Shown here piece after piece: positions 8,192-17,030 of a stretch of 55,029 nt of DNA (position 1 is the first letter of the stretch; each line of letters starts with the position of its first letter). Position numbers and translations under genes: made by a program. The stretch is from IMG/VR virus record IMGVR_UViG_3300020470_002235, positions 1 to 55,029 of that record. One strand, written 5' to 3'. Below the pieces are notes generated by a model that ran no database searches, was not told where the DNA came from, and worked only from the letters and a program-made list of their open reading frames with translations. The DNA comes from a virus. Lineage: Duplodnaviria; Caudoviricetes.

Positions 8192-8685
8192 TTCTCTACC
8201 TCTGCTACTATTGCTTGAGAACCATCTTTCATGGTTACATTACGATACACTACAATCACTTCTCCGAGTTGTTTAATGTATCTCTTAATCTCTTGGTTGT
8301 TCCTAATCATAACCTTATAGTCTCCAATAGTGGTTGCAACAAATACAACTTCACCGTTATTCATATCTTTCATTTCATCTAGAAATCTATCCAAATATGT
8401 ATAACCCTCAGGCCATTCAGGATTCTCTTTTTCTTCCCACGCACAAGTCTTAGGTCTTTTTTCTGTTCCGTCTTCTTGTACAACTTTCTTACATGGGTTG
8501 GCGATTCTCGCTTCTGATACCACATACCATTTTGGTGGTTGTAGGTCTAAAGGTCTAGGAAGTGTGGGTTGAATTATATCAATCTCAACTGGTTTTGAGA
8601 CTATATTTACTTTCTTCTCAGGTAATAACGAACAACTACTCGCTAGTATCGTCAGACTCAAGATTGCTAATGTCTTTAGTGTCAT
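8188..8685 (-). CDS. outer-membrane lipoprotein, o-spanin (Rz1-like)
   Basis: lipobox LASSC, Pro-rich segment, overlaps the end of the upstream i-spanin gene. Confidence 0.75.
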   Translation of the reverse strand: MTLKTLAILSLTILASSCSLLPEKKVNIVSKPVEIDIIQPTLPRPLDLQPPKWYVVSEARIANPCKKVVQEDGTEKRPKTCAWEEKENPEWPEGYTYLDRFLDEMKDMNNGEVVFVATTIGDYKVMIRNNQEIKRYIKQLGEVIVVYRNVTMKDGSQAIVAEVEK

Positions 8686-9019
8686 TTTCTATCCCCTCTA
8701 TTACTTCAACCGTTCCTGCGTTAAATCTATTCTCCATTAATCCTGGCTTGACGGTTGCAAGTTTTTCAAAATTGTGTTTTGAAAGGATTGATAGATATTT
8801 CTCTTTGTCTGCCTCGATTTCTGCGTTCTTTCGAGTCATGTTCTGAAGTGCTTTTGTTTGACGTTCGAAGTTCTCTTTGATTGCTTCGATTGCCTGTTTC
8901 TGTTCTTCCACTGCACTCTCTAATGCAATGTTATTTGCACTTAGTGTTTGGTTTTGGGTGTAAAGGTAATAAGAACTTAATCCGAGTACCAGTATTATCC
9001 CTATAAAAAACTGTTGCAT
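8636..9019 (-). CDS. i-spanin (Rz-like)
   Basis: N-terminal TM followed by a long coiled coil; paired with a lipoprotein gene. Confidence 0.75.
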   Translation of the reverse strand: MQQFFIGIILVLGLSSYYLYTQNQTLSANNIALESAVEEQKQAIEAIKENFERQTKALQNMTRKNAEIEADKEKYLSILSKHNFEKLATVKPGLMENRFNAGTVEVIEGIENDTKDISNLESDDTSE

Positions 9020-9020
9020 A

Positions 9021-9254
9021 TTATAACTCCACTATGCGATAATCAAGACCACTTGAACTCCTTAGTTCAACAATCTTCTTATCTGAATCTTTGAATTTAA
9101 GATGTTTCTCTTTTTGTATAAGAATCTTCTTGGAGATATATTCGTCCTTAAACACATTTCCTGTTAAATCTTGTGTTCTAAAAACGGTTATTTTGTATTC
9201 GGGTGCAAAGTAATACTTTATTGCATTCCAAATTTTTATTATTCTTTTCTTCAC
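9021..9254 (-). CDS. hypothetical protein
   Basis: 77-aa ORF, GTG start with GAGG RBS. Confidence 0.7.
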   Translation of the reverse strand: MKKRIIKIWNAIKYYFAPEYKITVFRTQDLTGNVFKDEYISKKILIQKEKHLKFKDSDKKIVELRSSSGLDYRIVEL

Positions 9255-9270
9255 GATAATTCCTCTTACA

Positions 9271-9296
9271 AATAGACACCCCGAAGGGTGTCTATT
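9271..9296 (-). terminator. cUUCGg hairpin terminator
   Basis: perfect 11-bp stem AATAGACACCC-TTCG-GGGTGTCTATT; UUCG loops are typical of T4-like phages. Confidence 0.8.
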
Positions 9297-9321
9297 ATTT
9301 AGTTAACTAAAAAGTTACATT

Positions 9322-9579
9322 TTAGCTATCATAAGTGAATAGTTCACCACCATTCACAGCTGCTTGACCTGCGGCCAAGATAGCTGCTGAAGGAGCACCT
9401 ATTCTGTAGAATGTATTGCCACCAATAACATTCGTGTAGATGACATGACCCTGAGATTGTAACTTACCAATAGTTCTAGCTGGTGAAGTTAAATCGAAAC
9501 GATTTCTCAGTGTAGTCCATGCTACGTTTTTACCTTTTGAAAGTAGGTTTAACACTTTTTGCGTTTTGGATAAAGCCAT
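9322..9579 (-). CDS. winged-helix DNA-binding protein
   Basis: KVLNLL...LRNRF...ARTIGKLQSQGHVI pattern followed by a beta wing. Confidence 0.65.
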   Translation of the reverse strand: MALSKTQKVLNLLSKGKNVAWTTLRNRFDLTSPARTIGKLQSQGHVIYTNVIGGNTFYRIGAPSAAILAAGQAAVNGGELFTYDS

Positions 9580-9663
9580 TATATTTTTCTCCTAATATAA
9601 GCGATGGTACTTTCCCAAGTCCATCTATTCATTCAACTTAATTGTTGAATTTGTGAGAAGAAA

Positions 9664-10167
9664 TTAAACTACAGACATACCGTTTCTTAATTTCTTCAAT
9701 TCTTTTATAGTATCGGCGGCACTAGTGTGGAGTATTCCGATTCCACCATTTGCCTCCCACGCTTCTATGTTCTTAGGTCTGTCATCTATAAGTACTGAAC
9801 CCTCAAATGCAAACATTGCTTTTTGACTACCAGTCATTGTACAAGTAACAACAACAGAAGGACTAACAAATTCCCTAATCCATTCGTTCTTGTCATACAC
9901 TACCAACTCTCTGTTAACAACCCCTGCGGCTGTTAATATTTCCCAAGGCAATCTTGTGTGTCTAATATATGCAACCAAGTCGTGCATATCTTCCATAGGT
10001 GGTAGTTTTCTGAATAGTCTTTTGTTTGTGAGTTCTTCTTTCCTCGCATCATAGTCGTTTCTTCCGACTTCGTTGTTAGGAAATGGGTCGCCTGTGAGTG
10101 TTTCAACCCCTGTATTGAAGTCTGCGAGGACTCCGTCCATATCTACAAATATTCTTTTCACATTCAT
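9664..10167 (-). CDS. HAD-family 5'(3')-deoxyribonucleotidase-like protein
   Basis: FVDMDGVLADF motif I, ILTA, K, LIDD motif IV. Confidence 0.85.
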   Translation of the reverse strand: MNVKRIFVDMDGVLADFNTGVETLTGDPFPNNEVGRNDYDARKEELTNKRLFRKLPPMEDMHDLVAYIRHTRLPWEILTAAGVVNRELVVYDKNEWIREFVSPSVVVTCTMTGSQKAMFAFEGSVLIDDRPKNIEAWEANGGIGILHTSAADTIKELKKLRNGMSVV

Positions 10168-10193
10168 AATATATTCCTTTCCATTACGTTAAT

Positions 10194-10223
10194 AGCTTAA
10201 CATAATATACCAGTCATTGTCAA
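10194..10223 (-). promoter_or_regulatory. early sigma70-type promoter
   Basis: GCTTGACAATGACT...TGTTAAGCTA, same ends as 583-612. Confidence 0.7.
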
Positions 10224-10227
10224 GCTT

Positions 10228-10419
10228 TTAAGCTGTAAAAATACGTCCGTTTTTAAGGAATTTACTGTATTCTGACTCTAGGTAGGTCTTGTTATGACCG
10301 AAATTAATGTATTCTTCCAAAGTGGAGTATTCTTTGTCTCCCATTTGTCTTCTTTCGTGACAATTCTCTGCCCACATATGGGTACAAAATTCATTAAAAG
10401 TCATTTTATTCTCACTCAT
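10228..10419 (-). CDS. small hypothetical protein (start revised to MSENK)
   Basis: FxxFCTxMW motif; ATG is 7 nt after TATAAT at 10427-10432. Confidence 0.65.
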   Translation of the reverse strand: MSENKMTFNEFCTHMWAENCHERRQMGDKEYSTLEEYINFGHNKTYLESEYSKFLKNGRIFTA

Positions 10420-10426
10420 AGTATCT

Positions 10427-10456
10427 ATTATACCACCCATTATAGGTCGCTGTAAA
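10427..10456 (-). promoter_or_regulatory. sigma70-like promoter
   Basis: AAAACACC-TTTACA-N18-TATAAT. Confidence 0.6.
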
Positions 10457-10464
10457 GGTGTTTT

Positions 10465-10905
10465 TTAAATAAATTTATCTCTTCCAACCCAAAACATATT
10501 GTAGATTTTAGACTCCATTTTGTATGCTTCTTTCTCCCAAGGCTGAAGGGAATATGGTGTTTTTACATAATATTTTCTCTTGAATCTTTGCAATTTGGGT
10601 GATAATTCCCCTTTGATGAACTGTTTTGCGTGGATTAGTTCGTGTGCGAGGTTTAACATCATTTGGTCATGGGTAAATTTCTTACTATTTTCGTCAAATC
10701 TGTTGAGTTCTATGTCCACGTCTTTTTTAGTACCTGCACAAGTGGCATAATGGTACTCTTCCGATTCAGGTTTAATAGACACTATGTGTAACGAAAGGTC
10801 TATATTACGTCTTAATCTTGGGTGCAAGTGATATATCACGTCTTCAATGTAATTGTATATGTCTTTCTTTCTTGCAATCTGACCCGAAATGTCGATGTTT
10901 ATCAT
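10465..10905 (-). CDS. HExxH zinc metallopeptidase-like protein
   Basis: LAHELIHAKQ and PWEKEA. Confidence 0.75.
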   Translation of the reverse strand: MINIDISGQIARKKDIYNYIEDVIYHLHPRLRRNIDLSLHIVSIKPESEEYHYATCAGTKKDVDIELNRFDENSKKFTHDQMMLNLAHELIHAKQFIKGELSPKLQRFKRKYYVKTPYSLQPWEKEAYKMESKIYNMFWVGRDKFI

Positions 10906-11063
10906 TCCGTTTCAACCTCATCTAATAGTTCTACTTCAAGTTCACTCACTTCCTCTCCACAAAAAGGACAAAAATCTATATCATATTGATGTGAATCCAT
11001 TTCATGATGAACTTCACTCTCACTTTTACAAGCATTACAATGTACTCTATAAATCTGTATCAT
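10902..11063 (-). CDS. 53-aa zinc-ribbon protein
   Basis: CNAC...CPFCG with acidic tail; ATGA overlap with the next gene; not in the ORF track. Confidence 0.7.
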   Translation of the reverse strand: MIQIYRVHCNACKSESEVHHEMDSHQYDIDFCPFCGEEVSELEVELLDEVETE

Positions 11064-11298
11064 GTAACTTTTCTCCTAATATTTCTTCCCATGCATTATC
11101 AAAAGACTTCTTCTTTCCGTTAAGTGTAATGAATGGAACCACATGAGGTTCTATTGCAGCCTTTTGAAAATCTTCTCCTTGTATGTATATGCGAACTTCG
11201 TTCTCTATAATATCAAGAGTCTTTAATAGGTGTGTGATTCTCATGTCTTCAACACCCTGTTCATTTCTAGGATTTAGATATGCGTGGATTTGTCTCAT
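11047..11298 (-). CDS. hypothetical protein
   Basis: 83-aa ORF; VPFITLNG is reminiscent of a glutaredoxin fold but there is no CxxC. Confidence 0.6.
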   Translation of the reverse strand: MRQIHAYLNPRNEQGVEDMRITHLLKTLDIIENEVRIYIQGEDFQKAAIEPHVVPFITLNGKKKSFDNAWEEILGEKLHDTDL

Positions 11299-11447
11299 TG
11301 TTCAGTTGGACATATGAATGTCCCGTCTTTATCGTTATAACAAAGTCCGTCTAATATTTCTATAGTCGAACATGATGTGGGAAATAACGCAAGAAAAAAT
11401 ATGCAGAATATTATACCAATAGTACTTATTATGTCATACCATTTCAT
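11295..11447 (-). CDS. 50-aa membrane or lipoprotein-like peptide
   Basis: hydrophobic N-terminus then TSC and two more Cys; ATGA overlaps at both ends. Confidence 0.6.
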   Translation of the reverse strand: MKWYDIISTIGIIFCIFFLALFPTSCSTIEILDGLCYNDKDGTFICPTEQ

Positions 11448-11656
11448 AGTTTAACTGCGAGTAATATAAAGATTCCAAACATAATAATGTTTGCAAAAAA
11501 CATTAGACCTGCGAGTATAGTGTGATACCAAATCCACCTAGTCTTGTATGCGTTTTCTATTGTTAAATCATCAGGGTCAGGTGAATCGTCTATTTGTTTT
11601 TGTACTAAATCGTCTTCTTCTTTACTACCCCATAATATTTGATACCATTTCTTCAT
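11444..11656 (-). CDS. small protein with C-terminal TM (start revised to MKKWY)
   Basis: TAATG overlap with the glutaredoxin stop. Confidence 0.65.
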   Translation of the reverse strand: MKKWYQILWGSKEEDDLVQKQIDDSPDPDDLTIENAYKTRWIWYHTILAGLMFFANIIMFGIFILLAVKL

Positions 11657-11889
11657 TAGTAACCACCATCTCCCGAATGCCAAGTTTGAAATTCTTGGTA
11701 TCCACCAACGTATTCTTCGTCTGCAGTTATTTGAGGGAATGTTCTTGCGTTAGGAAATTTCTCAAAGAGTTCTTCTCTTGTGAAGTCAACGTCTAATTGG
11801 TAATATTCATAATCGTATCCTTCTCGTTCTGCAAGTGCTTTTGCTTTATCACAAAAAGGACATTGTGGTTTTCCATATATTTTTATCAT
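11656..11889 (-). CDS. nrdC: glutaredoxin
   Basis: CPFC, TFPQI, YVGGY; directly follows nrdB. Confidence 0.93.
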   Translation of the reverse strand: MIKIYGKPQCPFCDKAKALAEREGYDYEYYQLDVDFTREELFEKFPNARTFPQITADEEYVGGYQEFQTWHSGDGGY

Positions 11890-12983
11890 AATTTAAATCC
11901 TTTGAATGAGTCGTCTTTAACATCTTGTTTAATACCACCGATAACATACGACTCAATCTCTGTCTCTTGTGGTGCATTCTGTAATCCTCTACTGTTGAAC
12001 CAGTGTGTAGTCCAAGGCAATGGATTATTAGTAGAACTTCTGTCATATATAGGGTTTAGTCCTATTGCTCTCAATCTCTTGTTTGCAATGAACTCAACGT
12101 AGTATCCAAGTAGGTGTGTGGATAAACCAATCATTGAACCATATTTGAATAGAAACTCAGCCCAATCTTTTTCTTGTTTGACTGCATCTTCATACATCTC
12201 ATACACTTCTTTTTCTGAATCTTTCATGACCTTTAACATGACTTTATCTTTCTCATGATTCTGATAACACTTCAATATGTGTTGTGTAATTGCAAGGTGT
12301 TGTGCTTCGTCTCTTGCGATTAGTGATATGATTTTTGCACTCCCTTCCATAAGTTTTGCTTCTCCGAATGCGAATGAACACGCAAAAGAAACGAAGAAAC
12401 GTATCCCTTCTAAGATATTAACTGATACTAGTGCAAGGTAAAGTGCCTTATAAAGGTCGTAATCGTTAATTTTATGACCCATTAATTTACGTCTTCCTAT
12501 GTCAATGAAGTCATCATATTTTTTTGTAACCGATTCTGCACGAGCGATAATAGCTTTCTCTTCTAGTATAGTGTCAAACACCTCACTTGGGTCTGAATAA
12601 ACATTCTTTATAATGTGAGTGTAACTTCTTGAGTGGATTGTTTCCATAAAGTCCCATGTGATTATACATGATTCCAATTCAGGGATTGTTACGAATGGTA
12701 GAAATGCGATTGCAGGAGCACGTCCTTGAACACTATCCAGTAGTGTTTGGTATCTTAAATTAGAAGTGAAGATATGTTTTTGTGCTTCATTTAGTGTTTG
12801 ATAATCACTTCTATCTTTTTGTAAGGATACTTCTTCAGGTCTCCAAAAGAATCCCAACTGTCTCTGCGTGAGTTTATCAAATATGGGATACTTGAACTCG
12901 TCAAATCTTTGTGTGTTTAGTTCTTCTCCAAAGAATATCTTTTCTTTTGTGAAGTCAATTTTCTTTTTATTAAATACGGTCAT
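11886..12983 (-). CDS. nrdB: class Ia ribonucleotide reductase beta subunit
   Basis: FFWRPEE, LLDSVQGR, ETIHSRSY, LEGIRF, RDEAQH, APQETE. Confidence 0.97.
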   Translation of the reverse strand: MTVFNKKKIDFTKEKIFFGEELNTQRFDEFKYPIFDKLTQRQLGFFWRPEEVSLQKDRSDYQTLNEAQKHIFTSNLRYQTLLDSVQGRAPAIAFLPFVTIPELESCIITWDFMETIHSRSYTHIIKNVYSDPSEVFDTILEEKAIIARAESVTKKYDDFIDIGRRKLMGHKINDYDLYKALYLALVSVNILEGIRFFVSFACSFAFGEAKLMEGSAKIISLIARDEAQHLAITQHILKCYQNHEKDKVMLKVMKDSEKEVYEMYEDAVKQEKDWAEFLFKYGSMIGLSTHLLGYYVEFIANKRLRAIGLNPIYDRSSTNNPLPWTTHWFNSRGLQNAPQETEIESYVIGGIKQDVKDDSFKGFKL

Positions 12984-14749
12984 ATTTTTTCACCATGTCT
13001 TAAACCCCAATGTGATATAGGTGAATGATTTGAAAGTGAATGTTCACCATCAAATGATACTTTCCAACCAAGATAGTTTTTCACTTCATGATGTTTCAAA
13101 TCTTTAATATGACCTTCCCACTTTATTTCTTTATTCATTACTTTATTTCTGTATATACTGTTTAACTTAAGATTACTATGGTAATCTTCTAAAAACTTTT
13201 TAGAATATTTAGAATGTGATTCTAATTCTATATCTGCCCATTCTGTTATAGATTCTCCGTTTATATCTGATAACTCTACCATGTTGGGATATAACTTATC
13301 TATGAAATTGTTTTTAGTTGCATACTCTACTAAATCTAATATTTGGCCAACTTCTAACTCCTTATCTCCTTCTTGGTAAAACCTATCTCTAAGAAATCTT
13401 TTCTCATTCCAAAACTCTGATGTTAACCATTCATGTAAATATATATCACATTCAGGCAATTCAGTTTCAAGTAAATCTGCGTGAATATACTCTACATTAT
13501 CTCCTAGAATCCCTTTCATTCTATCGATAAGTTCACCTCTTCTTTCTAGTGCATATACTTTCTTTGCACCATATTTGACTGCAAGATAACATAATATACC
13601 TGAACCTGCACCTAAATCTATAACTACTTTGTCTTTAACATTCTTTGAAATCCAATCTTCATATGATTTGTTTCTCTGAGAATCAGTAAAACAATATGCA
13701 CTTTTAAAGAAGTTTAATGATTCATTACTTACTGATTCATCATGTTTTCTTTTCTCTCTTTCCGATAACTCAGCATTTTCAATGTGTGCATAATTATTAA
13801 CATACTCTTCAGGGTTAAACCAATCATGTTCTCCAGCACTCCACCCATTCCAAAATTCCATTGCCTCATGGAAGTATGATTCTTGTTCATCATTAGAGTG
13901 GTATCTACTCTTCCTACCGTCATATGCAAAAACAAGAGCTCCTCTGTTATTTGCACTTCCTTCATTTTCAAAACCGTAGTATTTTTTATTAAACTTATCA
14001 AAATGGTTTAGTGAACCATCGTGGTTAACAAAATGTAAAAACATATGGTAAGAGTAATCTCCTAAGAAGGTATCTCTCCAATGCACTGCATTTGGGCCTT
14101 GATAAAGTAACACATCACCAACCTCTAGTGTTATTGGAACTCCTTTTCTTTGGTGGTGTGGTATATTTTGACATTCTTCAAAGAACCTATCTTGACCGTC
14201 ACCTCTTGCAAGTCTAACATAGTTTTTATCTTTCTGAACCCAAATCTTCCAAGGCGTGTTGTCGTCTGATTTGTAATTAAGACAAATAGTTGCACTTACT
14301 TCGCATGAAGGTCTGTCACTATGTGCTTTTAGGTATGCACCTCTTTCATATTTTCTTGTATATGCATAAGTCTCTACTAAATTCATATCAAGAACGTTAG
14401 ATAAGTTATCCCTCATCCATCTATGCAATGCAACTGCAGGTGGGAAGGTATGACACCCTTGACTTTTTCTTAAGGATTCTTTAGGTGAATCATGAATAAT
14501 ATCATCTTCTATTTCAAAGAATGTGTCATTCCATTCTTGTTTATGTTCTATGGTCTTCCAAGTATCCATAGCCATATTAATGATTTCTTTAGGAATGAAG
14601 TTTCTTAAAATAACATAACCTTGAGTTTGAAACTCTCTTGTTATTTCATTTGTCCAACCGACTACTTTTTTTGTATCTTCAGGTTGCTCTTTCTGTTCTG
14701 TTTTGATTGTTTTATCTTCATATCGCACAGGCATCGCAGTCTTCCTCAC
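12980..14749 (-). CDS. 2OG-Fe(II) oxygenase fused to a PRMT-like class I SAM methyltransferase
   Basis: HSDRPSCE and HWRD in the N-half; VIDLGAGSGIL, GAKKVYALE, HEWLTSEFWNE and SHW in the C-half. Confidence 0.8.
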   Translation of the reverse strand: MRKTAMPVRYEDKTIKTEQKEQPEDTKKVVGWTNEITREFQTQGYVILRNFIPKEIINMAMDTWKTIEHKQEWNDTFFEIEDDIIHDSPKESLRKSQGCHTFPPAVALHRWMRDNLSNVLDMNLVETYAYTRKYERGAYLKAHSDRPSCEVSATICLNYKSDDNTPWKIWVQKDKNYVRLARGDGQDRFFEECQNIPHHQRKGVPITLEVGDVLLYQGPNAVHWRDTFLGDYSYHMFLHFVNHDGSLNHFDKFNKKYYGFENEGSANNRGALVFAYDGRKSRYHSNDEQESYFHEAMEFWNGWSAGEHDWFNPEEYVNNYAHIENAELSEREKRKHDESVSNESLNFFKSAYCFTDSQRNKSYEDWISKNVKDKVVIDLGAGSGILCYLAVKYGAKKVYALERRGELIDRMKGILGDNVEYIHADLLETELPECDIYLHEWLTSEFWNEKRFLRDRFYQEGDKELEVGQILDLVEYATKNNFIDKLYPNMVELSDINGESITEWADIELESHSKYSKKFLEDYHSNLKLNSIYRNKVMNKEIKWEGHIKDLKHHEVKNYLGWKVSFDGEHSLSNHSPISHWGLRHGEKI

Positions 14750-17030
14750 TATCGGGACTGTCTAACATAGGTGGAATGTAATCATTCATTGCAGAATTTT
14801 CATCTTTTACTACGTCTTCCGTTTTCCCGTCCATTGTATTTTGATAATATGATGTCTTCCAACCATACTTAAAGGTCTTCAACATATCACCTGCGAGTAT
14901 TGATACAGGAACTTCACCATTATCATAGTTTTCAGGATTGTAACTCCAATTCCCACTAATCGCTTGGTCAAAGAACTTCTGCATTACTGCAAGTGTCTTA
15001 ATGTATCCGTCATTGTCTTCCATATCCCATAGTAGTGTATAGAAGTTTTTAAGGATACTATATTGTGGAACCACTTGTTTAAGTGTTCCTTTCTTACTCT
15101 TCTTGACTGATAGGTAGTCTCTAGGTGGTTCGACACCATTTGTTGCATTAGAAACGACGCTAGAGGACTCTGACGGCATTTGTGCAGTCAAGGTTGAGTG
15201 TCTTAGACCATTCTCTTTAATCCTAGTTCTAAGACCTTCCCAATCACATTTTAAATCATTAGGGGTGATTTCATCAACGTCCTTCTTATAGTGGTCAATA
15301 GGTAGTTTACCTTTTGCATACTTTGTTTTATGAAAGTATTCACACGCACCTTTTTCTTCTGCAATATCAGCAGAGGCACATAGAAGTTCATATTGGAACT
15401 TTTCCGTAAGTTCATGAACTAGTCTATGTGCTTCAGGGTCTTCATACCCAACCTTGTTCTTCGCAAGGAAGTGTGCAAGACCAATATATCCAATACCTAG
15501 TGACCTTCGTGCTTTGGTCGAGCGTTTTGCAGCTTCTACAGGATACTCTTGGAAATCTATGAGTTCCTCAAGTCCTCTCACTGCGAGGTCACATAGGTTG
15601 GATAATTCTTCTATTTTAATTGTTCCCACATTGATTGCAGATAGAATACAAAGTGCAATCTCACCTTCTCCGTCTATATGTGTAAGTGGGTCTGTTGGTA
15701 GTGTAATCTCTTGACATAAGTTACTCATGTATACTTTATCATTGAATGAACTATGAGTGTTACAGTGGTCTATATTCATGATATAGATTCTTCCAGTCTC
15801 TGCACGTTCTTTTAACATATCTGTAAATAGTTCTCTCGCACTAACTTTTGTTTGTGGAATAGAATATGCACGTTCATACTTCTCATATAATTCGTCAAAT
15901 TCTTTTGTCCCGAATGCTTCATATAGTCCAGGCACATTGTGTGGACTGAATAGTGTAATGTCTTCGTTATTAATGAATCTCTGATAAAAGAGTTGTGATA
16001 TTTGAATACTGTAATCTAGTTTTCTTACTCTGTTGTCTTCTGTTCCTTTGTTATTTTTGAGGACAAGAATGTCTTCGATTTCTTGGTGCCAAATAGGGAA
16101 ATGAACTGTGGCACTTCCACCTCGTACTCCATTTTGGGTGCAACTTCTAACTGTTGCTTCAAACTTTTTAAGAAATGGTATGACCCCAGTATGTTGGACT
16201 TCTCCACCACGAATTTTGCTTCCAAGTCCTCTAATTCTTCCTGCGTTAATTCCAATTCCAGCTCTTTGTGCGACATATCGTCCGATTGCCATGTCACTCG
16301 TAAAGATTGAATCGAGGGAATCATCTGAATCAACGAGGACACATGAGGCGAACTGTCGTAAGGGTGTCCTAACTCCCGCCATAATAGGTGTTGGTATGTT
16401 AATTTTATAGGTGGATATTGCATCGTAGTATCTTTTGACATAATCTAGTCTCCTATCTTTGTCATACTTGTGGAATAGAGTCATTGCAATTAACATATAC
16501 ATGAATTGAGGTGTTTCAAACACTTCTCCATTACTTCTATCTTGGACGAGGTATTTGTCTACAATCTGTTGTAGTCCTGCGTAGGTGAATGTTATGTCTC
16601 TACTATGTTTAATATATCTGTCACATTGTGCAATCTCTTCTTCAGTATACATATCAAGAATTGCAGGGTCATAGACTCTCTTATCAATGTTTCTTTTGAT
16701 TATATCTAACAATGGTGGATATATTTCTGAATCTTTCCACTTAGTGTTAAACACTTGTTTTTGAATACCATACAATAATAGTCTGGCGGCGACAAATTGG
16801 TAATTGGGATTTTCTAGTGATATTAAATCTGATGCAGATTTTACTAGAATTTTTTGAATGTCTTTTGTTGTAATTCCATCATAGAACTGAAGACCACTAT
16901 TCATTTCTACTAAGGATTCTGATACCCCTGCAATCTTCTTACAGGCCTTATGAACCATTTTATGAATCTTATCCAAGTCAATATTTACTTTTGAACCGTC
17001 CGACTTAACTACTAACATTGGTGAGTTCAT
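14718..17030 (-). CDS. nrdA: class Ia ribonucleotide reductase alpha subunit
   Basis: N-terminal ATP cone, PTPIMAG, ASCVL, SNLCQEI, MPSESSS, KTSYY, C-terminal CDAC. Confidence 0.98.
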   Translation of the reverse strand: MNSPMLVVKSDGSKVNIDLDKIHKMVHKACKKIAGVSESLVEMNSGLQFYDGITTKDIQKILVKSASDLISLENPNYQFVAARLLLYGIQKQVFNTKWKDSEIYPPLLDIIKRNIDKRVYDPAILDMYTEEEIAQCDRYIKHSRDITFTYAGLQQIVDKYLVQDRSNGEVFETPQFMYMLIAMTLFHKYDKDRRLDYVKRYYDAISTYKINIPTPIMAGVRTPLRQFASCVLVDSDDSLDSIFTSDMAIGRYVAQRAGIGINAGRIRGLGSKIRGGEVQHTGVIPFLKKFEATVRSCTQNGVRGGSATVHFPIWHQEIEDILVLKNNKGTEDNRVRKLDYSIQISQLFYQRFINNEDITLFSPHNVPGLYEAFGTKEFDELYEKYERAYSIPQTKVSARELFTDMLKERAETGRIYIMNIDHCNTHSSFNDKVYMSNLCQEITLPTDPLTHIDGEGEIALCILSAINVGTIKIEELSNLCDLAVRGLEELIDFQEYPVEAAKRSTKARRSLGIGYIGLAHFLAKNKVGYEDPEAHRLVHELTEKFQYELLCASADIAEEKGACEYFHKTKYAKGKLPIDHYKKDVDEITPNDLKCDWEGLRTRIKENGLRHSTLTAQMPSESSSVVSNATNGVEPPRDYLSVKKSKKGTLKQVVPQYSILKNFYTLLWDMEDNDGYIKTLAVMQKFFDQAISGNWSYNPENYDNGEVPVSILAGDMLKTFKYGWKTSYYQNTMDGKTEDVVKDENSAMNDYIPPMLDSPDSEEDCDACAI

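Noticed and set aside
13729-14001. Alternative-frame minus ORF ending at the junction of the oxygenase and PRMT-like domains (similar cases at 16025, 32681, 36885, 40992)
   Set aside because: Fully nested in longer genes with no motifs; the main frame is continuous, so no frameshift is needed
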